Below are positions 9,103-17,067 of a stretch of 17,086 nt of DNA, in pieces; the stretch's first letter is position 1; each line of letters opens with the position of its first letter. The notes under the pieces were generated by a model, which ran no database searches, was not told the origin of the DNA, and saw only the letters and a program-made list of their open reading frames with translations. Origin of the DNA: Promethearchaeota archaeon (lineage in GTDB: Archaea; Asgardarchaeota; Lokiarchaeia; Sigyniarchaeales; SOKP01); the NCBI GenBank assembly GCA_016930515.1, contig JAFGGO010000135.1, forward strand, positions 1-17,086. Reading direction: 5' to 3'. The translations under genes were made by a program, and so were the position numbers.

Positions 9103-9651
9103 TCAATAAAATTGTGCGAGTCCTGCCTCGTTCGCTTTTTTATACTTGCACAATTCTCCACATCCGTGTTCTTCGTTTGGATTGTGATTTTCCGAGTCGA
9201 AATCTATTGGGAGGATCAAGTCTTTGGCAATGTCGGTGACGAGCTCCATTGAGACATTTTGAACCTCTGGTCTGTTTCTAAAGTGGTAATTTATGATCGC
9301 GTCGATTTTTTCCAGCTTTGAACTAGTTAACATTATGCACACATTGTGATCACCACTCACTCTAAAAGCGTTAAGCATGAACGGGCAAAATTTTGCCATT
9401 TCCATGAGCCGTTCGGGCTCTTTCGTGTTAACTTCCACGGTCGCCAAAAAAAGGTCTACCTTTTTGAAGTTAATACCAGGTTGGAATTGCAAAATACCCG
9501 ATTGTTCGAGCTTTTTTATTCTCATGCCAATAGTTGGTTGAGATCGATTGACTCGTTCTGCAATTTCCGTATGTGTCATGTTTGGTTCTTCTTGAACTAT
9601 CGAAATGATTTGCTTATCTATGTCATCGAGTTTTAATTTATCGCTTATCAT
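9103..9651 (-). CDS. Lrp/AsnC family regulator with C-terminal HxCxxxC
   Basis: LDDIDKQII...THTEIA...SQPTIGMRIKKLEQSGIL HTH, AFRVSGDHN, tail HGCGELC. Confidence 0.92.
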   Translation of the reverse strand: MISDKLKLDDIDKQIISIVQEEPNMTHTEIAERVNRSQPTIGMRIKKLEQSGILQFQPGINFKKVDLFLATVEVNTKEPERLMEMAKFCPFMLNAFRVSGDHNVCIMLTSSKLEKIDAIINYHFRNRPEVQNVSMELVTDIAKDLILPIDFDSENHNPNEEHGCGELCKYKKANEAGLAQFY

Positions 9652-9693
9652 TACCCATTCAGTTTTTTTTTTGATGTTAACTTGTATTTTATA

Positions 9694-9710
9694 AAATAGT
9701 ACAACTATTT
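9694..9710. promoter_or_regulatory. 7-3-7 inverted repeat upstream of the lrp gene at 9651; candidate operator
   Basis: AAATAGT-ACA-ACTATTT lies 43-59 nt upstream of the start codon, in an AT-rich context. Confidence 0.35.
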
Positions 9711-9784
9711 ATAGGAATGTAGAAATATTTATATTTTTTACAGGGAATTTTTGAACTTGCTAGAACATCAGAACCTCATTATTT

Positions 9785-10309
9785 TTATGTGTTAGAAAAA
9801 TTCTTACAATAAGAACAATCTCCAGCACCAGGATCCAAATGTTCTTGGAGGTCTAGATTAACTGGAACTACGAAATCTCGTGCAATTTCCACAACAACTT
9901 CCATTTTCACTTCTTGAATCTCGCCCTTGTTCCTAAAATGAGAATTAACTAAACCATATAGTTTTTCAAGGTCACTACTCACGAGAAATAAAAGCATGTT
10001 AAAATCCCCTGTGATTTGAAAACAATTCGCAATGAATGGGCAATGAGCGGCCATTTCATTGATTTCGGAAGGATTATTGGTTTTTAGACGAACTAAAGAT
10101 AAGTAGAGATCGATAAACTTCAAGTTTAGTCCAGCATTTATCGCTAAAACTCCCGATTTTTTCAATTTTTTTAACCTAGCACCAACTGTAGGTTGACTTC
10201 TTTCAATCATCTCAGCTATTTGAGAATGAGTAATATTCGGATCCTTTTGGAGCAAGTCAATAATTTGCTTGTCAATATCGTCTAAAGGGATTTTACTTGG
10301 AAGATCCAT
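9785..10309 (-). CDS. Lrp/AsnC family regulator with C-terminal CxxC
   Basis: LDDIDKQIIDLLQKD...THSQIA...SQPTVGARLKKLKKSGVL HTH, FQITGDFNM, tail DCSYC. Confidence 0.92.
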   Translation of the reverse strand: MDLPSKIPLDDIDKQIIDLLQKDPNITHSQIAEMIERSQPTVGARLKKLKKSGVLAINAGLNLKFIDLYLSLVRLKTNNPSEINEMAAHCPFIANCFQITGDFNMLLFLVSSDLEKLYGLVNSHFRNKGEIQEVKMEVVVEIARDFVVPVNLDLQEHLDPGAGDCSYCKNFSNT

Positions 10310-10391
10310 GATAATTATATAGAAATTAAGTGTTAATTCCGTTTTATAATATGCTTGTTTAATATAATATTATTTTCTAATTAAATTATAA

Positions 10392-11090
10392 TTAATTAAC
10401 AACGATTCCTTCCATTACGAGACCAATGGAATATGAAATGATGAATGCTATCGTGCCAACTAAGACCATTTCAATAGCTCCTTTTAGCGGTTTTTCACCC
10501 GTTATCTTACTTTTTAACGCACCGACTAAAAATAACATGATAAAAGAAACGATAGACGAAAAAATTAAGGATGAAACTCCCAGATTGAGAAAGTAGGGAA
10601 AAAGTGGCACGAAAGCACCAATTACAAAAGCTAAAAACGTCAGTAAAGCTCCAAGAGCTGGATGTTCGGGTTCATCTAATCCCAATTCGCTTTTAGTCAA
10701 GAAATCTAACCACACTTGCTTGTTAGAAGTTATAGTTTCAACGCAAGAATCTAAATTTTTACCTTGAAAGCCCATTTTAGAAAATATATCCCTAACCTCT
10801 TCTTTTTCCTCGTCAGGAAAGAGTTCAATTTCGGCCTTTTCCTTTTTGATTTCATTTCGGGTGAAATTATATTCAGATTTCGAAGAAATATATTCTCCAA
10901 GTCCCATGCTGCAGGCCCCCGAGACCATCGCTGCAAAACCAGTAAGAATGACGATGGAATTTCCCCCCGCAATGGTTGCTGCAGCAACACCTATAAGTAG
11001 TGTGAAAGTTGAGATCAAACCGTCATTTAAGCCTAATATAATCGACCTTATCTTAGTTCCTCCAGTTTTGTGAGGTTCACTTGATTGCAT
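10392..11090 (-). CDS. VIT1/CCC1 family Fe2+/Mn2+ transporter
   Basis: IILGLNDGL, AMVSGACSMGLGEYIS, a Glu-rich cytoplasmic loop (EIKKEKAEIELFPDEEKEE) and FVIGAFVPLFPYF. Confidence 0.95.
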   Translation of the reverse strand: MQSSEPHKTGGTKIRSIILGLNDGLISTFTLLIGVAAATIAGGNSIVILTGFAAMVSGACSMGLGEYISSKSEYNFTRNEIKKEKAEIELFPDEEKEEVRDIFSKMGFQGKNLDSCVETITSNKQVWLDFLTKSELGLDEPEHPALGALLTFLAFVIGAFVPLFPYFLNLGVSSLIFSSIVSFIMLFLVGALKSKITGEKPLKGAIEMVLVGTIAFIISYSIGLVMEGIVVN

Positions 11091-11189
11091 GTTCTGTTAC
11101 CTTTATAATAGTATCGATGAAGATCTTATAAATTAAGGATCGTAATTAGAAAAATCAAAAAGAAATATATAATTTATGCTGAAAAGTAA

Positions 11190-11429
11190 TTAATCTATTA
11201 TAATAGCCCTTGCCTTGCAAGCCGTAGTGCACATATGGCATTTCACGCACATGTCCTCCCGTTCTTCAACAAGAACGCATTTAGGATGATCGTCCTTCCC
11301 AAGCACCTTATAGATGCCTCTAAAGCACGCATCTTCGCATGAAAATTCCGTGCAGTTAAGACACTTACTCGTATCGATGTGATGAAATTTATAGCTTTCG
11401 ATTGAACCTCGAGTTTTCACTTCACTCAT
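11190..11429 (-). CDS. 2x[4Fe-4S] dicluster ferredoxin
   Basis: CLNCTEFSCEDAC and CVKCHMCTTAC..AI give 8 Cys in 79 aa. Confidence 0.9.
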   Translation of the reverse strand: MSEVKTRGSIESYKFHHIDTSKCLNCTEFSCEDACFRGIYKVLGKDDHPKCVLVEEREDMCVKCHMCTTACKARAIIID

Positions 11430-11611
11430 CGTGATAATAAATTTGGCAAGCCCTTAAATGAGTTTAGATTATATTTTATAATAATTGTTTTAAATTAAAT
11501 ATAGAGGGAGTTAAAAAGATTATTAAATTAACTTAATTCTTTTATAGAATATAACCTGACCTTTTTTGTTATTTCCCTTGATAGTTAATCTTGAATATAA
11601 TTAAAATAACT

Positions 11612-12280
11612 ATGACGATCCAAAAAAAAAAGATATTTTCTCTTGAAAATCTTCAATCAGGAATGTTTTTATCGAGACCAAATCGATTCGTAGCAGAGAT
11701 TGAAGTCAACGGAAATATCTACCAGGCTCATGTGCACGATCCAGGAAGGTTAAAAGAGTTACTTGTAAAGGGTGCCGAAGTACTTTTTACAAAATCAAAT
11801 GGTAAACTACCTTATTATATCAGAGCGGTTAAATTAGGAACAGAATGGGTATTAATTGATACAGCACAACATTCAAAAATTGCAAGGAAAGTATTCGAAT
11901 TTATACCTGAATTTAAGGATATCACGGAAATAAAAAGCGAAGTTAAAATTGGGAAGAGTCGTATAGATTTTATGTTAGACGGAATTCCTCTTGAAGTAAA
12001 AGGAGTCACGCTTGTTAACGAAGGTATCGCCTTGTTTCCAGATGCCCCAACTGATCGGGGGACACGACATGTAGGAGAAATTATCGATCACAATGGAATC
12101 ATACTCTTTCTAGTCTTTCGAAAGGCAAAACTATTTGGTCCCAACACAAAGATGGATCCAAAATTCTCGAAAAAGCTTAGCGAAGCCCGAAAAAAAAACA
12201 TAAAAATAATGGCTGTTCGAATTAGTTTTGACGGAGAAATGTTATATTACATGGGAGAAATGGATCTTATAAAGTTTTAA
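11612..12280 (+). CDS. sfsA: SfsA family nuclease-fold protein (sugar fermentation stimulation protein A)
   Basis: FLSRPNRF, HVHDPGRLKELL, SRIDF, LEVKGVTL, FPDAPTDRGTRH, DPKFS. ATG 11612 is preferred over TTG 11591. Confidence 0.93.
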   Translation: MTIQKKKIFSLENLQSGMFLSRPNRFVAEIEVNGNIYQAHVHDPGRLKELLVKGAEVLFTKSNGKLPYYIRAVKLGTEWVLIDTAQHSKIARKVFEFIPEFKDITEIKSEVKIGKSRIDFMLDGIPLEVKGVTLVNEGIALFPDAPTDRGTRHVGEIIDHNGIILFLVFRKAKLFGPNTKMDPKFSKKLSEARKKNIKIMAVRISFDGEMLYYMGEMDLIKF

Positions 12281-12515
12281 CAGCTCATCTTCAATGTTAT
12301 AATTAAATTATTTCACATTTTTATTACCTAACTAAAATTAGATCAAATTCTAAAATAAAAAAAATGATTTTTTTGAATGTTCAAATATTTTTTTTCTCCT
12401 TTTGTCTTTATATCTCGAAGTTTAATTTCGAACCCCTAATATAATAAAATAGTGTTTTATTCCTATTTAAAAGCATAAGGACTAAATATTAAATTTTTAC
12501 ACTAATAATTTGAAT

Positions 12516-13961
12516 TTATTTATCTTCTAAACTAAAACCTAGATTGCTTAATCTTTCTCTGATTTCGTCACTAAGATCGTAAATCTTTTTTTCTCTCAGT
12601 TTCCGTCGAGTGTATTTTAAAAGATCTAATAGTTCATTAATTAAATTAGCTTTTTCGCCTAATAGAAGCGCTTTTTCATTCCTTTTAATTATGGAATCTA
12701 AATTAGGGAACATACCAAAGATTTCCTCAAGAATTTGGAAGAATTCTATTAAATCGTTTTTGGTCTTTGCGCTGATCTTTATGTCTTTTTCGATAATAAC
12801 ATTATTAATTTCCCTAACTAAAACAGAGATTGCAGCAAAAGCCACTGGAGTGTTAAAATCGTCATCCAAGGCATCAAATATTACTTTTTTTGTTAATGTT
12901 AATTTTTGAAGAAGCATGTTAGTATTGTCGTTGTTGAATTCTTCCGGTATTATTTCACCAATAGTACTGATAGTTTTCACAATTTTTTCGTAATTTTTCT
13001 TAGCTCCGTTCATTGTTTTTCTTGAATAATTAATCGATTTTCGGTAGTGACTAGAAAGCAAGAAAAAACGAATCACCATCGGATCGTACTGCTTTACCAC
13101 ATCTGATACCAAGAAGAAATTTCCAAGACTTTTTGACATTTTCTCGTCATTAACATTTACGAAACCATTGTGCATGAAGTAATTTGCAAATTTCTTTCCA
13201 GTATAAGCTTCGGCTTGAGCCAATTCGTTTCTATGGTGTGGAAATTTTAGATCTTGACCACCTCCGTGTATATCAATGGTTTCTCCAAGATGGTGTACTA
13301 CCATTGCTGAACATTCAATATGCCACCCAGGTCTCCCTTTTCCCCAGGGACTATTCCAAAAAGGTTCTCCTTCTTTCCAAGCTTTCCATAACGCAAAATC
13401 CCTCTTATCTTCCTTGTCCTCTCCGACACCAGAGTCTTGATCCTCATGAGCTTCTTCGTCTTCATTATTTTCTTCGCTTGGCATTTTCTTTTCGTTTTGA
13501 AATATTTCAAGATATTTTGGAAATTTTTTCACGGAAAAATATACTGACCCGTTCTTTTCGTAAGCAAACTCCTTTCTTATTAAAACATGAATGAAATCTA
13601 TTATGAATTGAATTGATTCAGTAGCCCTAGGATTAAGATCGTCTTTTTGGACATTGAGCAACGCCATCATTTCCTCGTATTCGTTGATGTATTGTTCGCT
13701 TAAATCATTAAAATCAATATTTCTTTCGTTTGCTCTTTTGATGATTTTATCGTCGATGTCCGTGTAATTTTTAACGACTTTCAGAGTATAGCCTTTGAAC
13801 TTCAGGTATCTGCGAACGAGATCAAATACTATGGCGGACTTTGCGTGGCCTAAATGAGGACTGTCGTATACCGTAGGACCACAAACATACATCAAAACAT
13901 TATTAGGATCGAGAGGATGGAATTCTTCTTTTTGGAATGTTAAACTATTGTATATATTCAT
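12516..13961 (-). CDS. cysS: Cysteine--tRNA ligase (class I CysRS)
   Basis: MYVCGPTVY, HLGH, NYTDIDDKII, DFALWK, PGWHIECSAM, HGGGQDLKFPHHRNE, KMSKSLGN, DDFNTP. Confidence 0.98.
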   Translation of the reverse strand: MNIYNSLTFQKEEFHPLDPNNVLMYVCGPTVYDSPHLGHAKSAIVFDLVRRYLKFKGYTLKVVKNYTDIDDKIIKRANERNIDFNDLSEQYINEYEEMMALLNVQKDDLNPRATESIQFIIDFIHVLIRKEFAYEKNGSVYFSVKKFPKYLEIFQNEKKMPSEENNEDEEAHEDQDSGVGEDKEDKRDFALWKAWKEGEPFWNSPWGKGRPGWHIECSAMVVHHLGETIDIHGGGQDLKFPHHRNELAQAEAYTGKKFANYFMHNGFVNVNDEKMSKSLGNFFLVSDVVKQYDPMVIRFFLLSSHYRKSINYSRKTMNGAKKNYEKIVKTISTIGEIIPEEFNNDNTNMLLQKLTLTKKVIFDALDDDFNTPVAFAAISVLVREINNVIIEKDIKISAKTKNDLIEFFQILEEIFGMFPNLDSIIKRNEKALLLGEKANLINELLDLLKYTRRKLREKKIYDLSDEIRERLSNLGFSLEDK

Positions 13962-14098
13962 GATTTTTATAACAATGATCTAGCGTTATTAAATGAAAAT
14001 GAAATGTATTATAAATATATAATATTGAATTTTTATAAGATAAGAGCCTTTTTATAATTTTAAACACACAAATAAAGATTCTAAATAGTAGATTGAAG

Positions 14099-14671
14099 AT
14101 GGATATAACGATTAAACCTCTTAAGCCAGAATTACTTGAAGATTTTTTGTATTTTTTTGATTCAATTGCTTTTACGGATAATCCAGATTGGGCTAAATGT
14201 TACTGCCATTTTTACCATTTTAATGGTTCTCCTAAAGAATGGGTAAAAACTACGGCGCAAGTAAATAGGAAAGCATCAATAGAATTAATTCTCTCTGAAA
14301 AAATGCATGGTTATCTTGCGTATAGCGATATAAATCCAATAGGGTGGTGTAACGTGAATTTTAAAGAGAATTTTTCAAAATCCATACTTGGAAAAGAAAT
14401 CATCGATCATTCCGAAGGAAAGATTGCATCAATAGTATGTTTTATCATTGCGCCTCATCATAGAAAGCAAGGTATCGCAAGAAAGTTATTAAAAACCGCA
14501 TGTTACGATTTTAAATCTAAAAATTTTGATTTTATTGAAGCATATCCTAGAAAAGGTAAATTAACTGAAGCACTACATTATCACGGTCCGCTTTCCTTGT
14601 ATAAATCTGAGGGATTTTTTATTTATAAGGATTTTGAAAAATATTTAATCGTGCGGAAATCTTTGTCTTGA
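14099..14671 (+). CDS. GNAT family N-acetyltransferase
   Basis: WAKCYCHFY, IGWC, IVCFIIAPHHRKQGIARKLL (acetyl-CoA motif A), IEAYP, YHGPLSLYKSEGF. Start is ATG 14099 or TTG 14093. Confidence 0.92.
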   Translation: MDITIKPLKPELLEDFLYFFDSIAFTDNPDWAKCYCHFYHFNGSPKEWVKTTAQVNRKASIELILSEKMHGYLAYSDINPIGWCNVNFKENFSKSILGKEIIDHSEGKIASIVCFIIAPHHRKQGIARKLLKTACYDFKSKNFDFIEAYPRKGKLTEALHYHGPLSLYKSEGFFIYKDFEKYLIVRKSLS

Positions 14672-14730
14672 TTCATACAATCTTATTAACGATTTATATG
14701 AGAGTTTTATAATATGAAGTTAAATTTTTG

Positions 14731-14822
14731 AGCCAGTGGTGAGATTTGCACTCACGAATAATCGCTTGCTACGAATTAGTGCTCTCTGCAGGCGACCTCC
14801 TTAACTACTCGGATACACTGGC
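14731..14822 (-). tRNA. tRNA-Cys(GCA) with a 19-nt intron at 37/38 (intron 14767-14785); CCA not encoded
   Basis: Minus strand reads GCCAGTG-TA-TCCGAGTAGTTAAGGA-G-GTCGC-CT[GCA]G-(AGAGCACTAATTCGTAGCA)-A-GCGAT-TATTC-GTGAG-TGCAAAT-CTCAC-CACTGGC-T. It has a 7-bp acceptor stem, the U73 discriminator typical of tRNA-Cys, and a complete bulge-helix-bulge motif (CTGC/GTAG central helix). Confidence 0.95.
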
Positions 14823-14830
14823 CTATCTCC

Positions 14831-14859
14831 GTCCTTTAAAATCAATGATTTAAAAGGAC
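14831..14859 (-). promoter_or_regulatory. TATA-like box of the tRNA-Cys gene embedded in a 14-bp-arm inverted repeat
   Basis: Minus-strand TTTTAAA at 14855-14849 lies 27-33 nt upstream of tRNA G1. The repeat is GTCCTTTAAAATCA-A-TGATTTAAAAGGAC with one mismatch. Confidence 0.55.
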
Positions 14860-14967
14860 ATGTATTAAGTTATGTAATATATGAAGGGCTATTAGTATAA
14901 AAACCTAGCCTTCATGTGTTATTATCAATGAATCGTCATAATTGTGATATCAATTCTATAATCATGT

Positions 14968-16029
14968 TTATGATTTCCTATCAGTACGAGCGTGTTTATG
15001 CCCTTTATGGTGATAATGTTCGTGTTCATGCTCGTAATTAAGGTGTTCGTGCTTCACGCCCTTTTTTTCGCGCTTTATTATGCGAACTTCTTGATGCTCA
15101 CTATCGTTTGAAGGAATTAAATGGCTATGGACAAGCGATCCGTGAAAATGTATATGGGAATGTTTTTCCCTCATGAAATAAAAAACGCTAAATAATAAAA
15201 CAGCAAAAATAAAAATATCTAAAATATTTATTGAATCTCCTATTATAAAAATAGACAAAACAGCCGCAATAAAAGGAGAAAGGGAGAGTATAACAATAGT
15301 TTTTATCGTTCCAATGTATCTTAATGCAGTTGTGAAGCAAATGATTGATAAACCAAATGTAAAAAATCCTACAATACCAACATATAGAAAATTCTCTATT
15401 CTTAAAAAAACACTAGAACCTAAAAAAAAAGCAAGTAATAACGACACGATGCCACCGAAAACACATTTAAACGATGTTATTTGGATAGATGATTTTTTAC
15501 TCAAAGTTTGGGTTATATTGTTATCTATCGCCCAGCAGGCACAACCAAGCAAAATAAATAACGCACCAGCGCTTATTATTTGGAAGTGCGCTATCAAGTT
15601 AAAGTCAATTGACCAAAACAAGAGAATAGATAGGATTAAAGCCATTCCTACAGCATTTTTGATGGATATTTTCTCGTGAAAAACAAAAATAGCAATAAGA
15701 ATTGTAAAAACCGCCTCGGAGTTTTGAAACAGCGAAGCTTGGAAGGCACTTGCTCGATTCAAACCAAATAAATAGAATAAAGGTCCTAAAAAACTACCGA
15801 AAAAAACAATAAGAAAAAGTTTTGGAAGATCTTGCCTCATTAACGAACTTTCTACTTTAATCGATTTAAATCCAGGTAAAAGGATTATTCCTGAAAATAA
15901 ATAAGACCACCCAGATAAAACCAAAGGACTTATACTTGATAATAAAAGCTTGTTCAACGGTGTTGATAAACCATATAAAAACGCTGCTACAAAGGCGAGG
16001 TAATATCCGATACTAATGCCCATGATCAT
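14968..16029 (-). CDS. EamA/DMT superfamily transporter with His-rich C-terminal tail
   Basis: About 10 hydrophobic segments in two EamA-like halves (LYGLSTPLNKLLL, GLNRASAFQASL..N.E, FHEKI, WAIDNNIT), with 16 His in the last ~64 aa. Confidence 0.92.
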   Translation of the reverse strand: MIMGISIGYYLAFVAAFLYGLSTPLNKLLLSSISPLVLSGWSYLFSGIILLPGFKSIKVESSLMRQDLPKLFLIVFFGSFLGPLFYLFGLNRASAFQASLFQNSEAVFTILIAIFVFHEKISIKNAVGMALILSILLFWSIDFNLIAHFQIISAGALFILLGCACWAIDNNITQTLSKKSSIQITSFKCVFGGIVSLLLAFFLGSSVFLRIENFLYVGIVGFFTFGLSIICFTTALRYIGTIKTIVILSLSPFIAAVLSIFIIGDSINILDIFIFAVLLFSVFYFMREKHSHIHFHGSLVHSHLIPSNDSEHQEVRIIKREKKGVKHEHLNYEHEHEHYHHKGHKHARTDRKS

Positions 16030-16073
16030 TTCTTGGAAATTTTACTTATTATGCTTTACTGACTTGAATAATT

Positions 16074-16886
16074 TCACGGAATGTCTTGGAAAATCCCGGA
16101 ATCGATGATGTGATTTAATCTATCGCTTCTTGCCTTTAGATAATCGATCTTTCCTCGAACCTTGCTAATTAATAGCCGTTTCTTTAATGTGAGCGTATCG
16201 ACGATATTGACTTCCATCGTATCTTCTGAAATGGTTATTTCATTGAAGCTTGGATGTTCATCTGCCCTAACTTTATCTGAAGTCGTTGTACCACAATATA
16301 AAAGAGATGTTCTTCCGAACTCCCACGCGTGAGGTGCGTGACGATGACCTTGAAGTACCAAGTCCACTCCATATTCTTGGGTTACTTGTAATACCTCTCC
16401 CGCGTCCACGAGAGTACTTCTTTTATGTCCTGCGTTAGGTACGGCAACAAGATGATGGTGAAGAACAACAATCTTGAATTTATATTCGTGTCGGCTTAAT
16501 TGTTGTATGAGCCATTCTAATTGCTCGTCCCCGAGCTCTCCTTCAGAAGTATTGTTTCGAGGACTTCTTAGGCCAATTATCATTGTGTGTTTGTGATTTA
16601 AAGTGAGGAGGGTTCTTCTCGGCCCTATATATCTCTCAAAAAAGACGATACCATTATTACTCGCGTCGTGGTTCCCTATTACATTAAGCATGGGTGCTTT
16701 GATTCTTTTTAAATAGGTTTCAACTACTTTATATTGCGATTTTTTTGCTTTATGTGTAAAATCACCGGTGCAAACCACGGCATCTGGTTTCGTCTCATTT
16801 ACATAATCGATGAACTTTTCTATAGATTCTTCGATAAATCCTGAAGAGCCAAAATGAAGGTCCGACCAATGGACGATTTTTAACAT
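16074..16886 (-). CDS. Calcineurin-like metallophosphoesterase (CpdA/Icc-like)
   Basis: SDLH, TGDFT, GNHD, GELGDEQLEWL, LHHH and GHRH motifs. Confidence 0.93.
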   Translation of the reverse strand: MLKIVHWSDLHFGSSGFIEESIEKFIDYVNETKPDAVVCTGDFTHKAKKSQYKVVETYLKRIKAPMLNVIGNHDASNNGIVFFERYIGPRRTLLTLNHKHTMIIGLRSPRNNTSEGELGDEQLEWLIQQLSRHEYKFKIVVLHHHLVAVPNAGHKRSTLVDAGEVLQVTQEYGVDLVLQGHRHAPHAWEFGRTSLLYCGTTTSDKVRADEHPSFNEITISEDTMEVNIVDTLTLKKRLLISKVRGKIDYLKARSDRLNHIIDSGIFQDIP

Positions 16887-16951
16887 TTTTCTTTCTATAC
16901 CTTTGTCTTTATTGAATTTTAATTTAAATGCCTGTTAATAGAACATGTGTC

Positions 16952-17067
16952 TCGACAATTTGATTGTAATTCCTTCCTCGTTGCGTATTCCCGCTCCTTT
17001 AATTAGCAGGAGGAATGTTCAAGCGGAGAGAGAAAACAGTAAGGTAATTGTCGGCAAATTTTTTTTT
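16952..17067 (+). ncRNA. Candidate ~105-nt long-hairpin non-coding RNA followed by a T9 tract
   Basis: Terminal stem TCGACAATT/AATTGTCGG with inner helices ATTGT/ACAGT, GTATTCC/GGAATGT and TCCT/AGGA. TTTAAAT lies at 16923-16929 upstream and T9 at 17059-17067. No family recognised. Confidence 0.35.

Noticed and set aside
2879-15679. Other short overlapping ORFs (e.g. 2879-3082, 3933-4127, 4818-5087, 6081-6320, 6675-6863, 7305-7517, 8384-8832, 9346-9636, 10751-11073, 11815-12009, 12610-13594, 15314-15679)
   Set aside because: They overlap well-supported genes in antisense or alternative frames and show no recognisable domains.
16934-17058. Minus-strand frame with an in-frame TGA (LPTITLLFSLSA*TFLLLIKG...) as a small selenoprotein
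   Set aside because: It has no good start, no Cys/Sec motif and no SECIS.
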